Shown here one piece after another: positions 36,520-45,957 of a stretch of DNA of 51,537 bases. Every line of letters starts with the position of its first letter. Within the stretch, counting starts at the first letter, position 1. A program made the position numbers and the translations under genes. The DNA lies in assembly GCA_045636665.1 (NCBI GenBank), contig JAZTXY010000098.1, forward strand, positions 1 through 51,537, given 5' to 3'. The DNA comes from Eubacteriales bacterium (GTDB lineage: Bacteria > Bacillota > Clostridia > Oscillospirales > CAG-382). Under the pieces are notes generated by a model. That model searched no databases. It was not told the DNA's origin and was given only the letters and a program-made list of their open reading frames with translations.

Positions 36520-37607
36520 AACGCCAACCAGTCCGTTCCGTGTTTAGCTGTCAAGGCATCGGCAATTACGAGCGCGCATACGCTGTCAACAACGATACGG
36601 GCGCGGTGCACGATACATGGGTCGTGACGTCCGGTTGCGCTTATTTTTGCATTTTCGAGGTTTACATAATCAACAGTGCTTTGTTCTTTTGGAATGGTGG
36701 GCGTCGGTCTTACCGCGCAGCGCAAAACAACAGGCATACCGTTTGAAATACCGCCGTTTATACCGCCCGAATTGTTTGTGGAGGTAAATACCTTACCCGA
36801 TTCGGTGTAAAAGCCGTCGTTGGCTGTCGAGCCGAGCATATCCGCAAATGCAAATCCCGCTCCGAATTCGACACCCTTGATTGCAGGTATCGAAAACAGC
36901 GTGTGTGAAAGCATACCCTCGAGAGTATCGAACCAAGGCTCGCCGACACCTGCTTCAAGACCGATTATCGCGGTTTCAAGTATACCGCCGACCGAATCGC
37001 AAGCATCCTTTGCTTTTAATATATTTTCCTGCATTTGTTTTGCTTTTTCGTCATCAAGAACGGCAAAGGGCATGCTTGAAAGCAAAGTGATATCCTTTTC
37101 GATATCACCGAAATCGCGGTCCTTTATCCCTGCGCAGGAAGCAACGTGAGTGCCGATGCTTATTCCCTTTTTGTTAAGCGCGGGTATGATTATTCCGCCT
37201 GCCGCAACGAGAGCGGCGGTGATACGTCCGCTGAAATGTCCGCCGCCGCGAGGGTCTTCATATCCGCGGTATTTGATATGCGCAGTATAGTCGGCATGGG
37301 AAGGACGTGCAAGACGGGAAATATTTTCGTAATCTTCGGAGCGAGTATCATTGTTGGGAATGATTATGCATATCGGTGTTCCCGTCGTATTGCCGTTGAA
37401 AACACCGCTGTGTATCTCGAACGCATCGGCTTCGGAACGAGAAGTTGAAATCGCACCCGAAGGACGGCGAAGAGCTAAAAGCTTTCTTATGCTGTCATAA
37501 TCAACGGGAATACCTGCAGGCATTCCGTCGAGCACGCATCCGACCGATTTGCCGTGGCTTTCACCGAAAATTGTAAGAGTTATATTGTTTCCAAAGGTGT
37601 TTTTCAT
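36516..37607 (-). CDS. aroC: Chorismate synthase
   Basis: FGESHG, RPSHAD, GGGHFSGR, NNSGGINGGISNG, GRHDPC. Confidence 0.97.
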   Translation of the reverse strand: MKNTFGNNITLTIFGESHGKSVGCVLDGMPAGIPVDYDSIRKLLALRRPSGAISTSRSEADAFEIHSGVFNGNTTGTPICIIIPNNDTRSEDYENISRLARPSHADYTAHIKYRGYEDPRGGGHFSGRITAALVAAGGIIIPALNKKGISIGTHVASCAGIKDRDFGDIEKDITLLSSMPFAVLDDEKAKQMQENILKAKDACDSVGGILETAIIGLEAGVGEPWFDTLEGMLSHTLFSIPAIKGVEFGAGFAFADMLGSTANDGFYTESGKVFTSTNNSGGINGGISNGMPVVLRCAVRPTPTIPKEQSTVDYVNLENAKISATGRHDPCIVHRARIVVDSVCALVIADALTAKHGTDWLAL

Positions 37608-37608
37608 T

Positions 37609-38936
37609 TCAGATAACCTGCCTTATTATCCTTTCGTATTCCGTAAAGGGCATTTTGCGGAATTCAAATTTACCGACCTCAGGCACGTAAACAACTGTAA
37701 TATCGTCACCCTGAAGCTTTTTATCGTTCTTGCAGGCAAGAATGATTTTTTCGCTGTCGCCGACCGAAATTTTATTCGGGAGGTTCAGTTTTTCAAGCAC
37801 TTTCGCAAGTCGAATCCGAACGTTGTCCGAGCACATCGGGAGCATTCCCAACGCAACGCATTCGCCGTGGTAAAGATTTTTCATTTCATTTTCGGCTTCG
37901 ATCGCATGCGCGAGTGTATGACCGAAGTTGAGCACTCGGCGCAACCCGCCTTCGCGTTCATCCTGCTCAATAACCGATTTTTTATCATCAGCGAGCGTTC
38001 TGTTATTAAATCGATATTTTCATTGATATTACCCTGCTCGAAAATCACAAAAAGCTCTTCATCGTGAGTCAAAGCCATTTTAAGCGATTCGGCAAGACCG
38101 TTTGCAATATGCCTTTCGGGAAGAGTTTTTAAGGTTTCGGGATCGATAATTACCCTTTTGGGCGGATAAAAAGCACCGACGACGTTTTTTATTCCCATAA
38201 AATCGATTGCTGTTTTACCGCCTATCGACGAATCGACCTGAGAAAGCAAGGTCGTTGGGATATTATAAAAATCGATACCGCGCATATAAGCGCTCGCAAC
38301 GAAGCCCGAAAGGTCGCCTACAACACCGCCGCCAACCGCCACTATACAGTCCGAACGGGTAAATTGATACTCAACGAGCTTTGAAAGCAAAAGCTCGAAA
38401 TTCTTAATGTTTTTCGAGGACTCGCCTTGCTCGATTGTAACAACATACGGCGTTTTACAATTTGACGCGACGGTATTTGAATATTCCTTCGGGACACCGC
38501 TGTCGGTAACAATAAGCACCTTGCGAGCAAGGTTTAGGTATTCACCTGTTTTATCAAGCGCACCGCGTTCAAGAATTATATCATAGCTGCCTGATGAGGT
38601 TTTTACGGGTATTAACTGCTTCTGCCTCCCGAAAGCACCCTCGACACCGCTGTAAGCGACACGCATACCGTCGAGAAGACGGTGCTGAAACTTCTTTGAA
38701 ATATCTATTGTACTGCGCAAAAAATCAACATAATAAGAACGGTAATCGTCCGACTCTACCATTTCGGAATTTCTTGCAATAAGTTCATTTTCTCTCGCCG
38801 AGTCTTCGATAGGAAGTCCGTGCTCCTTTTTATAGTTCGCAACCATTCTCACCGCATCCATACGCTGTTCGAAAAGACGCGCAATTTCTTTATCGGTTTC
38901 GTTTATGATATTTCTCGCCATATCAAGTTCGTTCAT
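37609..38936 (-). pseudogene. aroB: Chorismate mutase (pheA 5' part) fused in frame to 3-dehydroquinate synthase, with a 1-nt frameshift in aroB
   Basis: CM domain plus PDT stub RVAYSGVEGAF, then AroB (GGGVVGD, PTTLLSQVDSSIGGKT); A6 at 37978-37983 needs A7 to read [22 protein letters not shown]. Confidence 0.85.
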
Positions 38937-38966
38937 TTTGCAATCTCCTAAACAGTCATTAAAAAC

Positions 38967-39062
38967 AAAAAAGCCGCCATTCGTATGCTAAAAAATGCAT
39001 AGCGGATGCGGACTGCTGTTTGTTTTGAACGAAATTAAAAGTTCAGAGCAGACGAGCAGTCC
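38967..39062 (-). promoter_or_regulatory. Transcription attenuator (alternative antiterminator/terminator) of the aro operon
   Basis: GGACUGCU/AGCAGUCC stem overlaps the 5' arm of the terminator CCGC..UAUGC/GCAUA..GCGG-U6. Confidence 0.7.
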
Positions 39063-39103
39063 TTTTTAAAATCACAAAAGTAAGATACAGAATTAAGGAA
39101 CAT
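39035..39103 (-). CDS. Putative Phe/Tyr leader peptide (22 aa)
   Basis: GAAAGGAG RBS, then MFLNSVSYFCDFKKDCSSALNF*; 4 Phe and 1 Tyr. Confidence 0.65.
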   Translation of the reverse strand: MFLNSVSYFCDFKKDCSSALNF

Positions 39104-39137
39104 CTCGTTTACTCCTTTCACAAAAAATCTTGCTAAT

Positions 39138-39166
39138 ATGATAAACCCGAATTTGCAATTTGTCAA
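39138..39166 (-). promoter_or_regulatory. SigA promoter of the aro operon
   Basis: TTGACA-N17-TATCAT. Confidence 0.8.
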
Positions 39167-39285
39167 TAGAAAATTCATTAATTTCATAAAGTTTTACGCT
39201 TTTTTCGTCGATAAACGCATTTTTGAAATTTCGATTGGAATCTGGTTTTATTATAAACGATAACGGTCATTGTTTCCGTTCTCGC

Positions 39286-39314
39286 TTGACTTTTGTAGCA
39301 AGATAGTGTATAAT
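39286..39314 (+). promoter_or_regulatory. SigA promoter of citrate synthase
   Basis: TTGACT-N17-TATAAT. Confidence 0.8.
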
Positions 39315-39352
39315 AAGCATATTATGAATATTATTTAAGGAGGAGAACGCGA

Positions 39353-40708
39353 ATGAAATACTCCGAAATCACACCCTACATAGCGGAAATGGCAGAAATA
39401 TCAAACCGCAACAACCATATCGAGCCCCAAATGTACGTGCATCATAAGGTCAACAAGGGCTTGCGCGATATGAACGGTAACGGTGTTGTGACAGGGCTTA
39501 CCGAGGTTTCGAAAATTATGGCAAAGACGGTCAACGAAAAGGGTGAAACCATACCCTGCGACGGACAGCTTTGCTATCGCGGTATCGACGTGCGCAATTT
39601 GGTCGACGGATTTCGCTCGGATGACCGTTTCGGGTTTGAAGAAACCGTTTATCTTCTCCTCTTTTCCGAGCTTCCCGATAATGCTCAGCTTGAAAAATTC
39701 AGCAAGGAGCTCTCGAAATACCGCAGCTTGCCGAAGTCCTTTGTGCGCGATATGATTCTTAAGGCGCCCGGTAAGGATATGATGAATATTCTTTCGCGCT
39801 GTGTGCTTGCGCTTTATGCTTACGACGATAATCCCGATGATATTTCTATCCCCAACGTTTTAAGACAGAGCATGCAATTAATTGCAATGTTCCCCCTGCT
39901 TGCCGTTTACGGTTATCAGTCTTACAGACATTATCATCGCGGAAAGAGCTTGCACATCCGCCTTCCCAAGCCTCAATTTTCGACAGCGGAAAACTTTTTG
40001 CATTTACTTCGTAAGACGGGAGAATTTTCCGAGCTTGAAGCAAAGATCCTTGACCTTTCGATGGTTCTTCACGCAGAGCACGGCGGCGGTAACAACTCGA
40101 CCTTTACAACGCACGTCGTAACGTCATCTGGCACCGATACCTATTCCTCGGTTGCCGCTGCTTTGGGTTCGCTTAAGGGTCCCAGACACGGCGGCGCAAA
40201 CATAAAGGTCGTTAAGATGTTCGAGGATATGAAAAAGAACATAAACGTTAAGAAAATCGGTGAAATTGAGGACTATCTTAAGCGATTGCTTGATAAGCAG
40301 GCGTTTGACAACGCAGGTCTTATTTACGGTATGGGCCACGCGGTTTATTCGCTTTCCGACCCGAGATCGGATATACTCAAGGAATGCGCAAAGGCGCTTT
40401 CCGTGGAAAAGGGGCGCGAAGAAGAATATGCCCTTTACGAAACGGTTGCAAAATTAGCGCCCGAAATGATTGCCGAAAAACGCAAGATGTACAAGGGCGT
40501 AAGCGCAAACGTTGACTTTTATTCGGGACTCATTTACAAGATGCTTAACATCCCCAACGAGCTTTATACTCCTTTATTCGCCATTTCGCGTATTGCGGGA
40601 TGGAGCGCACACAGAATCGAAGAAATTCAGAACGCGGGCAAGATTATCAGACCTGCATATATAAACGTCTTGGACGATAAGGAATATTTCCCGATTAACG
40701 AAAGATAA
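39353..40708 (+). CDS. gltA: Citrate (Si)-synthase / citrate-2-methylcitrate synthase family
   Basis: LHAEHGGGNNSTF, GPRHGGAN, GMGHAVY..DPR, ANVDFYSG, RIAGWSAH. Confidence 0.93.
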   Translation: MKYSEITPYIAEMAEISNRNNHIEPQMYVHHKVNKGLRDMNGNGVVTGLTEVSKIMAKTVNEKGETIPCDGQLCYRGIDVRNLVDGFRSDDRFGFEETVYLLLFSELPDNAQLEKFSKELSKYRSLPKSFVRDMILKAPGKDMMNILSRCVLALYAYDDNPDDISIPNVLRQSMQLIAMFPLLAVYGYQSYRHYHRGKSLHIRLPKPQFSTAENFLHLLRKTGEFSELEAKILDLSMVLHAEHGGGNNSTFTTHVVTSSGTDTYSSVAAALGSLKGPRHGGANIKVVKMFEDMKKNINVKKIGEIEDYLKRLLDKQAFDNAGLIYGMGHAVYSLSDPRSDILKECAKALSVEKGREEEYALYETVAKLAPEMIAEKRKMYKGVSANVDFYSGLIYKMLNIPNELYTPLFAISRIAGWSAHRIEEIQNAGKIIRPAYINVLDDKEYFPINER

Positions 40709-40718
40709 AGAGGTAATT

Positions 40719-43205
40719 ATGGGCTTTGTTCGCAAGATTTTTGTTTTTATCCTCGCGTTGATGCTTTTGGTCGGCGGTACGTCAATATACGCCTCTGCCG
40801 AGGAGATCTCGCCAACCGACGGGAGCGAATTTACGATCCTTTGGACAACGGATCCTCAATGGTATTCGTTCAAGTACCAAAGCATACTTGTTGACCAAAA
40901 TGAATGGGTGGTTGAAAATTACGACCGTATGAATATCGGATATATTATTCATACCGGCGATTTTGTCGACCTTCCGCACAACCGAGAGCAATGGAATTTT
41001 GTGACCGAGCAATACAAAAAGTGGGATGAAGCAAGCCTTGCCTACGGCGTGCTTGCTGGCAACCACGACGTTGACGGAACCGACTATACCGAATTCAAGG
41101 AATATTTCGGTACGCACCGATTTGAAAATAACGAATGGTTCGGAGACGATTACGACGGCAATCGCGGACATTACGATCTGATGACGTTGGGCGGAGTTGA
41201 TTTTATATTCGTTTATCTCGGATACGGCGCTCACAGCGAGGCGGATTACGAATGGATGAACGGCGTGCTTTCCGAGCACAGCGACAGAATCGCATTCCTT
41301 ATGTTCCACGAATATCTTAACGCCGACGGCACAAGGACCGAGATCGGAGAGCAAATATTCAACAAGGTCGTTCTTAAAAATCCCAACGTACGGATGGTGC
41401 TTTGCGGACACAATTATAACTCGACAAGGCTTGTAGACTTTATCGACGACGACGGAGACGGAAAAGAAGACCGCACCGTTTATCAGCTTATGGCGAATTA
41501 CCAGAATACGCCCAACGGCGGCAACGGATATATGCGCTTTCTTGAGTTCGACGTCGACAGCGGAAAAATACTGCAACGTACCTATTCCCCGTATTTGAAC
41601 AAGTTCAATATGTTCGAAAACCGCGGTGACGAAAAGGATGAATTCGGCTACCGTGATGAGTTTACCATCCCCTTTGATTTTAATGCTCCGAAAGCCAAAA
41701 GCGAAAGCGATCCCGAATTCGGAAAAACGGTTTTGAAATCAAGCGTTAATATCGCAGATATCTCTATTCCAGTTAATTACGTGAACGTTTACGAAAAAGA
41801 CGAGGGATATAATAATGCAGGCGTTTACGACTTGAATTTTTCGTTTGACGGAAGAGACGCCTTGGAATTTAACCGCAACGCAAGATATATTACCGTCGAA
41901 TTCAAGGACAAGCTCGGTTGGACGGTTTGCGGAATATATGAAAACGGCAACAAATTGGTTTCAATACCCCAAAACGGCAGAGCGATAGTTATTGCACAGG
42001 ATGCGGTCGATTCAAACGGCAACGCAATCGACTTAGGCAGTATAAAGCTCGGCGACACGGTCAGCTTTTCTCAGGTCTACGGCACGGCGGCTTTGAAGGA
42101 GCTTACAAACGTCAGAATCAGATTCAAGGGGCTTACGGGCGCCTTTGCAATAGACGGTGTAAACACCGAGGCGGGTACCGACGAATGGGTGATCTTTGAC
42201 AGAGGTTGGGGAGAAAGCACTCTAAAAAACAACATTGACAACAAATGGAATGACCTGATCGTTTTTGCGCCTTGCGAAAACGGACGGTATAAGATAACCG
42301 AAATACAGAGTGAATCGGGCGCGGCTAAGGACGCTTTAATTCCCGAAAACGGGTTTGTGCTTGCGATCAATTCCGCATCCGCGTTGAATTCTGCAAGAAA
42401 CAGCATCGATAAGGTATTCACTGTCGGTAAGGAAGCGATACTTTACGGATACGAGCCCCAAAAAGGATTTGTCCTTAAGGGCGAAAGCATTATTTCAAAG
42501 GATCCTGCCGATTGGAGCTCGCCAAGCTCGACTTTGGTTTTGGAAGCCGACGAAAGCGGATTGGTAATGTGGAACACCGACGGCTTATGGCCCGATATGC
42601 GATACGTATACGACGAGGTCATGGTCATCGACCCCAAGGTAAGCTCTGTTTACTACGATTTTTATATGGAGCAAAGCTCTCAGGCAAGCTTTGTCGTACA
42701 GCTTGCAAACGGAAAATACTTCAAGCTTAACAGCTATTTTGAAGGCGCAAATATCTCAAGCGGAAGCGGCGACGTAAAGGGAGAGGGCAAAAGCCTTACC
42801 GGCACGCTTGACCTTTCGGATATCGAAATGGATCCCGGCTGCCTGAACAAAGACGGAACCATTTCCGTGAAAAGTCTCCAGATCTACGTTTCGGGAGACG
42901 CAGGTAAGAAGATGACTCTGCGCGAAATGAGGCTTATAAGCGCACTCGATGCCGAGGACGAGGTACCCGAGGATTTTCTTATCATCGAGGAGGATACGTC
43001 CGCAGAAGCATCCGATATTCCGAACGAAACGTCGAACGAAATATCGAACGAAATATCGAACGAAACATCGGATGAATCCGTCGGCGGTAACAACGAAGGC
43101 GAGAGCGAAGGCGGTGCGCTGATCATCGTCATAGTCGCGATTGCGATATTTGCCGTTTTATTGGGTTCGGTTTTGATTATTAAAAAGAGAAAGAACAAGG
43201 AATAA
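40719..43205 (+). CDS. Secreted, C-terminally anchored calcineurin-like metallophosphoesterase
   Basis: Signal peptide; TDPQ, HTGD, AGNHD, MFHEY, LCGH motifs; two IPxNG beta-domains; acidic linker, TM helix, basic tail. Confidence 0.85.
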   Translation: MGFVRKIFVFILALMLLVGGTSIYASAEEISPTDGSEFTILWTTDPQWYSFKYQSILVDQNEWVVENYDRMNIGYIIHTGDFVDLPHNREQWNFVTEQYKKWDEASLAYGVLAGNHDVDGTDYTEFKEYFGTHRFENNEWFGDDYDGNRGHYDLMTLGGVDFIFVYLGYGAHSEADYEWMNGVLSEHSDRIAFLMFHEYLNADGTRTEIGEQIFNKVVLKNPNVRMVLCGHNYNSTRLVDFIDDDGDGKEDRTVYQLMANYQNTPNGGNGYMRFLEFDVDSGKILQRTYSPYLNKFNMFENRGDEKDEFGYRDEFTIPFDFNAPKAKSESDPEFGKTVLKSSVNIADISIPVNYVNVYEKDEGYNNAGVYDLNFSFDGRDALEFNRNARYITVEFKDKLGWTVCGIYENGNKLVSIPQNGRAIVIAQDAVDSNGNAIDLGSIKLGDTVSFSQVYGTAALKELTNVRIRFKGLTGAFAIDGVNTEAGTDEWVIFDRGWGESTLKNNIDNKWNDLIVFAPCENGRYKITEIQSESGAAKDALIPENGFVLAINSASALNSARNSIDKVFTVGKEAILYGYEPQKGFVLKGESIISKDPADWSSPSSTLVLEADESGLVMWNTDGLWPDMRYVYDEVMVIDPKVSSVYYDFYMEQSSQASFVVQLANGKYFKLNSYFEGANISSGSGDVKGEGKSLTGTLDLSDIEMDPGCLNKDGTISVKSLQIYVSGDAGKKMTLREMRLISALDAEDEVPEDFLIIEEDTSAEASDIPNETSNEISNEISNETSDESVGGNNEGESEGGALIIVIVAIAIFAVLLGSVLIIKKRKNKE
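43021..43068 (+). repeat. Four 12-bp in-frame tandem repeats (CGAACGAAAYRT) encoding NETS/NEIS
   Basis: cgaacgaaacgt cgaacgaaatat cgaacgaaatat cgaacgaaacat. Confidence 0.9.
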
Positions 43206-43208
43206 CTT

Positions 43209-44816
43209 ATGGAAAAAGCGAAACAGACTTTTACGCACATATACGATCGTATCGGTTTGAATGAAAGAACCGAAAAGCGTTGGTTTTGGATTGCTTTTTC
43301 TTTCCTTGCGGTTTATTTTTCGTGCGTCGTTTATGCGCAAAATTTTAACCGCGGATACGGTTTCGGTATAATTACCGTGCTTTCCTTGGCCGTGTCCTTA
43401 ATATTGTGCTTTTTCGGTGTATATTTTTTAGGCGGCATTCGGCTGAAAATTGCAGTAAGAGGCAATAATTTAAAAGCGGTAATTTTTGCAGTCGGCGTTT
43501 TTGTCATCACGTTTTTGATATATTATTCTTGGCAAAGCGTTTTATATCCCGGCTCGTTTTCACCCGATTCGATAGAGCAATACAAGCAAACGCAATTGGG
43601 TGAATACAACGATTGGCATCCCGTTTTGCACACTTGGCTGTTTTTTGGGTTGCCGAATATATTTTCAAGCTCCCCTGCTCTTTTGGTAACCTTTCAGTTA
43701 GTTTGGTTTTCTCTTGCATTAACCTATTTGTTTTTCGTGCTTTATACCGACGGTTGCCCGAAGCTTTTTATACTTGCGGCGTGGGCATATATCGTTTTGA
43801 ATCCCAACACGGCGTGTATTATGCTTTATCCGTGGAAGGACAGCGCATTTACGATTTTTTCAACCGTGATGCTTGCACACTGCGTCAGAATTTACCGCAG
43901 TAACGGAAAATGGCTTTTAAAATGGAGCAACACCGTTGCATTTTCGTTGTTTGCTTTCCTTGCAAACGGAGTAAGACACAACGCGATACTGCTCGTGGTT
44001 CCTACCTTTATCGTCATTTTTGTCTTTTTAAAGCAATCCCGCAGAAGAATCGTTATAGCGGCTTCGATATTTTTAGCGCTTACCCTTTTACTGAAATTCC
44101 CCGTCTATTCCGTTACGGACGTCGGGAGCCCCAAGCACAGAACGACCGAGGTTATGGGCTTGCCGATGACGGTGCTTTCAGACGTTTATATGAACGACCG
44201 CGATGCGCTTGACGAGGACGCGGTTGAGTTTTTGGACTCACTTGCAACACAGGCAAGATGGGAAAAGCATTACACCTTCGGCAGCTTTAACTCCTTCAAA
44301 TGGTCCGACGGCACGATTTATGATAAAATAGACGAAGAGGGTGCCGCAAAAATTCTTTCATACACCTATTCCGCCGCCAAAAGCTCACCCGAAATCGCAA
44401 AAAAATCGCTGTTCGAGCTTACCAAAATGGTTTGGAGCTTCGACGGCGGTAACGGCTGGACTATCGGATACGGAATAACGTCGAACGATGTTGCAATACG
44501 CGGTGAATACGATAAAGATTCGCTTGACGCTCTGAACGCTTATCGCAAAATGTGCAATAGCTTTGCAACAAAGTATTTGTTCAACTACGTTGGTGTGATA
44601 ATTGCGGTTTTACTGTTTTTAGCTGTCGGAAGAATCGGAAAAGCGGGATTTGCCAAGGCTTTTTCGGTCATCCCTTTAATGATTTACAATTTCGGTACCA
44701 TGATTTTATTGACAGGTCACGATTTCAGATTTTTCCATTTGAATTTCGTTGTGGTCATACCCCTGTTATACATTCTTTTAACCAACAAGGAAGAAGCAAT
44801 CGAACAAATTGCTTAG
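43209..44816 (+). CDS. Polytopic membrane protein, DUF6020 / GT-C glycosyltransferase-like
   Basis: YPGSFSPDS..Q, NDWHPVLHT, WKD, RHNA, FRF; about 12 TM helices. Confidence 0.65.
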   Translation: MEKAKQTFTHIYDRIGLNERTEKRWFWIAFSFLAVYFSCVVYAQNFNRGYGFGIITVLSLAVSLILCFFGVYFLGGIRLKIAVRGNNLKAVIFAVGVFVITFLIYYSWQSVLYPGSFSPDSIEQYKQTQLGEYNDWHPVLHTWLFFGLPNIFSSSPALLVTFQLVWFSLALTYLFFVLYTDGCPKLFILAAWAYIVLNPNTACIMLYPWKDSAFTIFSTVMLAHCVRIYRSNGKWLLKWSNTVAFSLFAFLANGVRHNAILLVVPTFIVIFVFLKQSRRRIVIAASIFLALTLLLKFPVYSVTDVGSPKHRTTEVMGLPMTVLSDVYMNDRDALDEDAVEFLDSLATQARWEKHYTFGSFNSFKWSDGTIYDKIDEEGAAKILSYTYSAAKSSPEIAKKSLFELTKMVWSFDGGNGWTIGYGITSNDVAIRGEYDKDSLDALNAYRKMCNSFATKYLFNYVGVIIAVLLFLAVGRIGKAGFAKAFSVIPLMIYNFGTMILLTGHDFRFFHLNFVVVIPLLYILLTNKEEAIEQIA

Positions 44817-44846
44817 TGCAAACTTTTCCCACGGAGGACTTTTATT

Positions 44847-45776
44847 ATGAACGTAATCCATATGAAATACGCAATCGAGGTCGCTAAATACGGATCGATA
44901 AATAAGGCGAGCGAAAGCATCGGAATGGCTCAACCCAACATCAGCCGCGCGATAAAGGAGCTTGAAGCCGACCTTGGCATTGCGATATTCGACAGATCGG
45001 CTAAGGGTATGAACCTTACGCCCGAGGGAAAAGAGTTTATCAACCGAGCAAAGAGCATCCTTGCTCAGCTCGATGCACTGGAAACGCTCTTCCGCGATAA
45101 TCTGCCAAACACACAAAAGTTTTCGGTGTCCGCACCGAGAGCCGCTTATATTGTCGAGGCGTTTGCTAACTTTACCCACAGTATCGACGGCGATAAGGCG
45201 GAAATAGTGCTTGACGAAACCGCAACGCTCAACACGATGAAAAAGGTCATCGCGTCCGATTGCAAGCTCGGTATTATCCGTTTTGAGTCTGCCGCCGAGG
45301 AGTATTTCTTGAAGATGCTCGAAACGAACAATCTCGTTTATGAGCCGATAACCGAATTTGAATACGTTGTTGTGTCCAACAAAGAAAGCGACCTTGCAAA
45401 AAAGGACGAAATTTACGACGACGATCTTCGGAAATATATTCAAATAACTCACAACAATCCTTATCAGGCAACGCTTACGGCATCGGAAACAAACAAGGTT
45501 GAACAAAGAGTGAGCGCATCAAAGCGAATTTTCGTTCTCGATACCGCCGCACAGCTTGAGTTACTCGCAGAAAACATCGACACCTTTATGTGGATTTCTC
45601 CTGCGCCCGATTCCCTGCTTGAACGCTACGGTTTGGTGCAAAAGCCCTGCCTTGACAAGAGAAGATTTTACAAGGACGTTCTTATTTACAAGCAATCTCA
45701 CAAATTAACGCCGCTTGAATCCGACTTTATTCGCGAATTAAAGCGCGTTGCGGAAATTACCTGCAAAAAATTTTAA
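44847..45776 (+). CDS. LysR-family transcriptional regulator
   Basis: GSINKASESIGMAQPNISRAIKELEADLGIAIFDRS..G..LTPEG. Confidence 0.95.
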   Translation: MNVIHMKYAIEVAKYGSINKASESIGMAQPNISRAIKELEADLGIAIFDRSAKGMNLTPEGKEFINRAKSILAQLDALETLFRDNLPNTQKFSVSAPRAAYIVEAFANFTHSIDGDKAEIVLDETATLNTMKKVIASDCKLGIIRFESAAEEYFLKMLETNNLVYEPITEFEYVVVSNKESDLAKKDEIYDDDLRKYIQITHNNPYQATLTASETNKVEQRVSASKRIFVLDTAAQLELLAENIDTFMWISPAPDSLLERYGLVQKPCLDKRRFYKDVLIYKQSHKLTPLESDFIRELKRVAEITCKKF

Positions 45777-45779
45777 CAA

Positions 45780-45819
45780 TAATGCCCGTTTTTTTGGTAA
45801 AAGCGGGCATTAATTTTTT
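45780..45819 (+). terminator. Terminator after lysR
   Basis: TAATGCCCG...CGGGCATTA followed by T6. Confidence 0.75.
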
Positions 45820-45847
45820 GTTAATTCGGGCTTATATTATAATGTGT

Positions 45848-45921
45848 ATATAACATATCAATATATATATTATCGATATATCAAAATAGCAATTTACAAC
45901 CAATATATTTTGTGGTAGACT
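45848..45921 (+). promoter_or_regulatory. Promoter of rex-mdh-fumC-hdr with tandem LysR-type boxes
   Basis: TTTACA-N17-TAGACT (45893-45921); ATATA-N9-TATAT (T-N11-A) at 45848 and 45863. Confidence 0.6.
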
Positions 45922-45957
45922 TATTTCGTGAAAATTCGCGTGTAAGGAGGTAATGAC

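Noticed and set aside
38950..39130. T-box riboswitch upstream of the aro operon
   Set aside because: No T-box UGGNACC bulge or stem I motifs; a leader ORF with alternative hairpins explains the region better.
45926..45941. Rex operator at CGTGAA-AA-TTCGCG
   Set aside because: Half-site spacing and flanks do not fit TTGTGAA-N4-TTCACAA.
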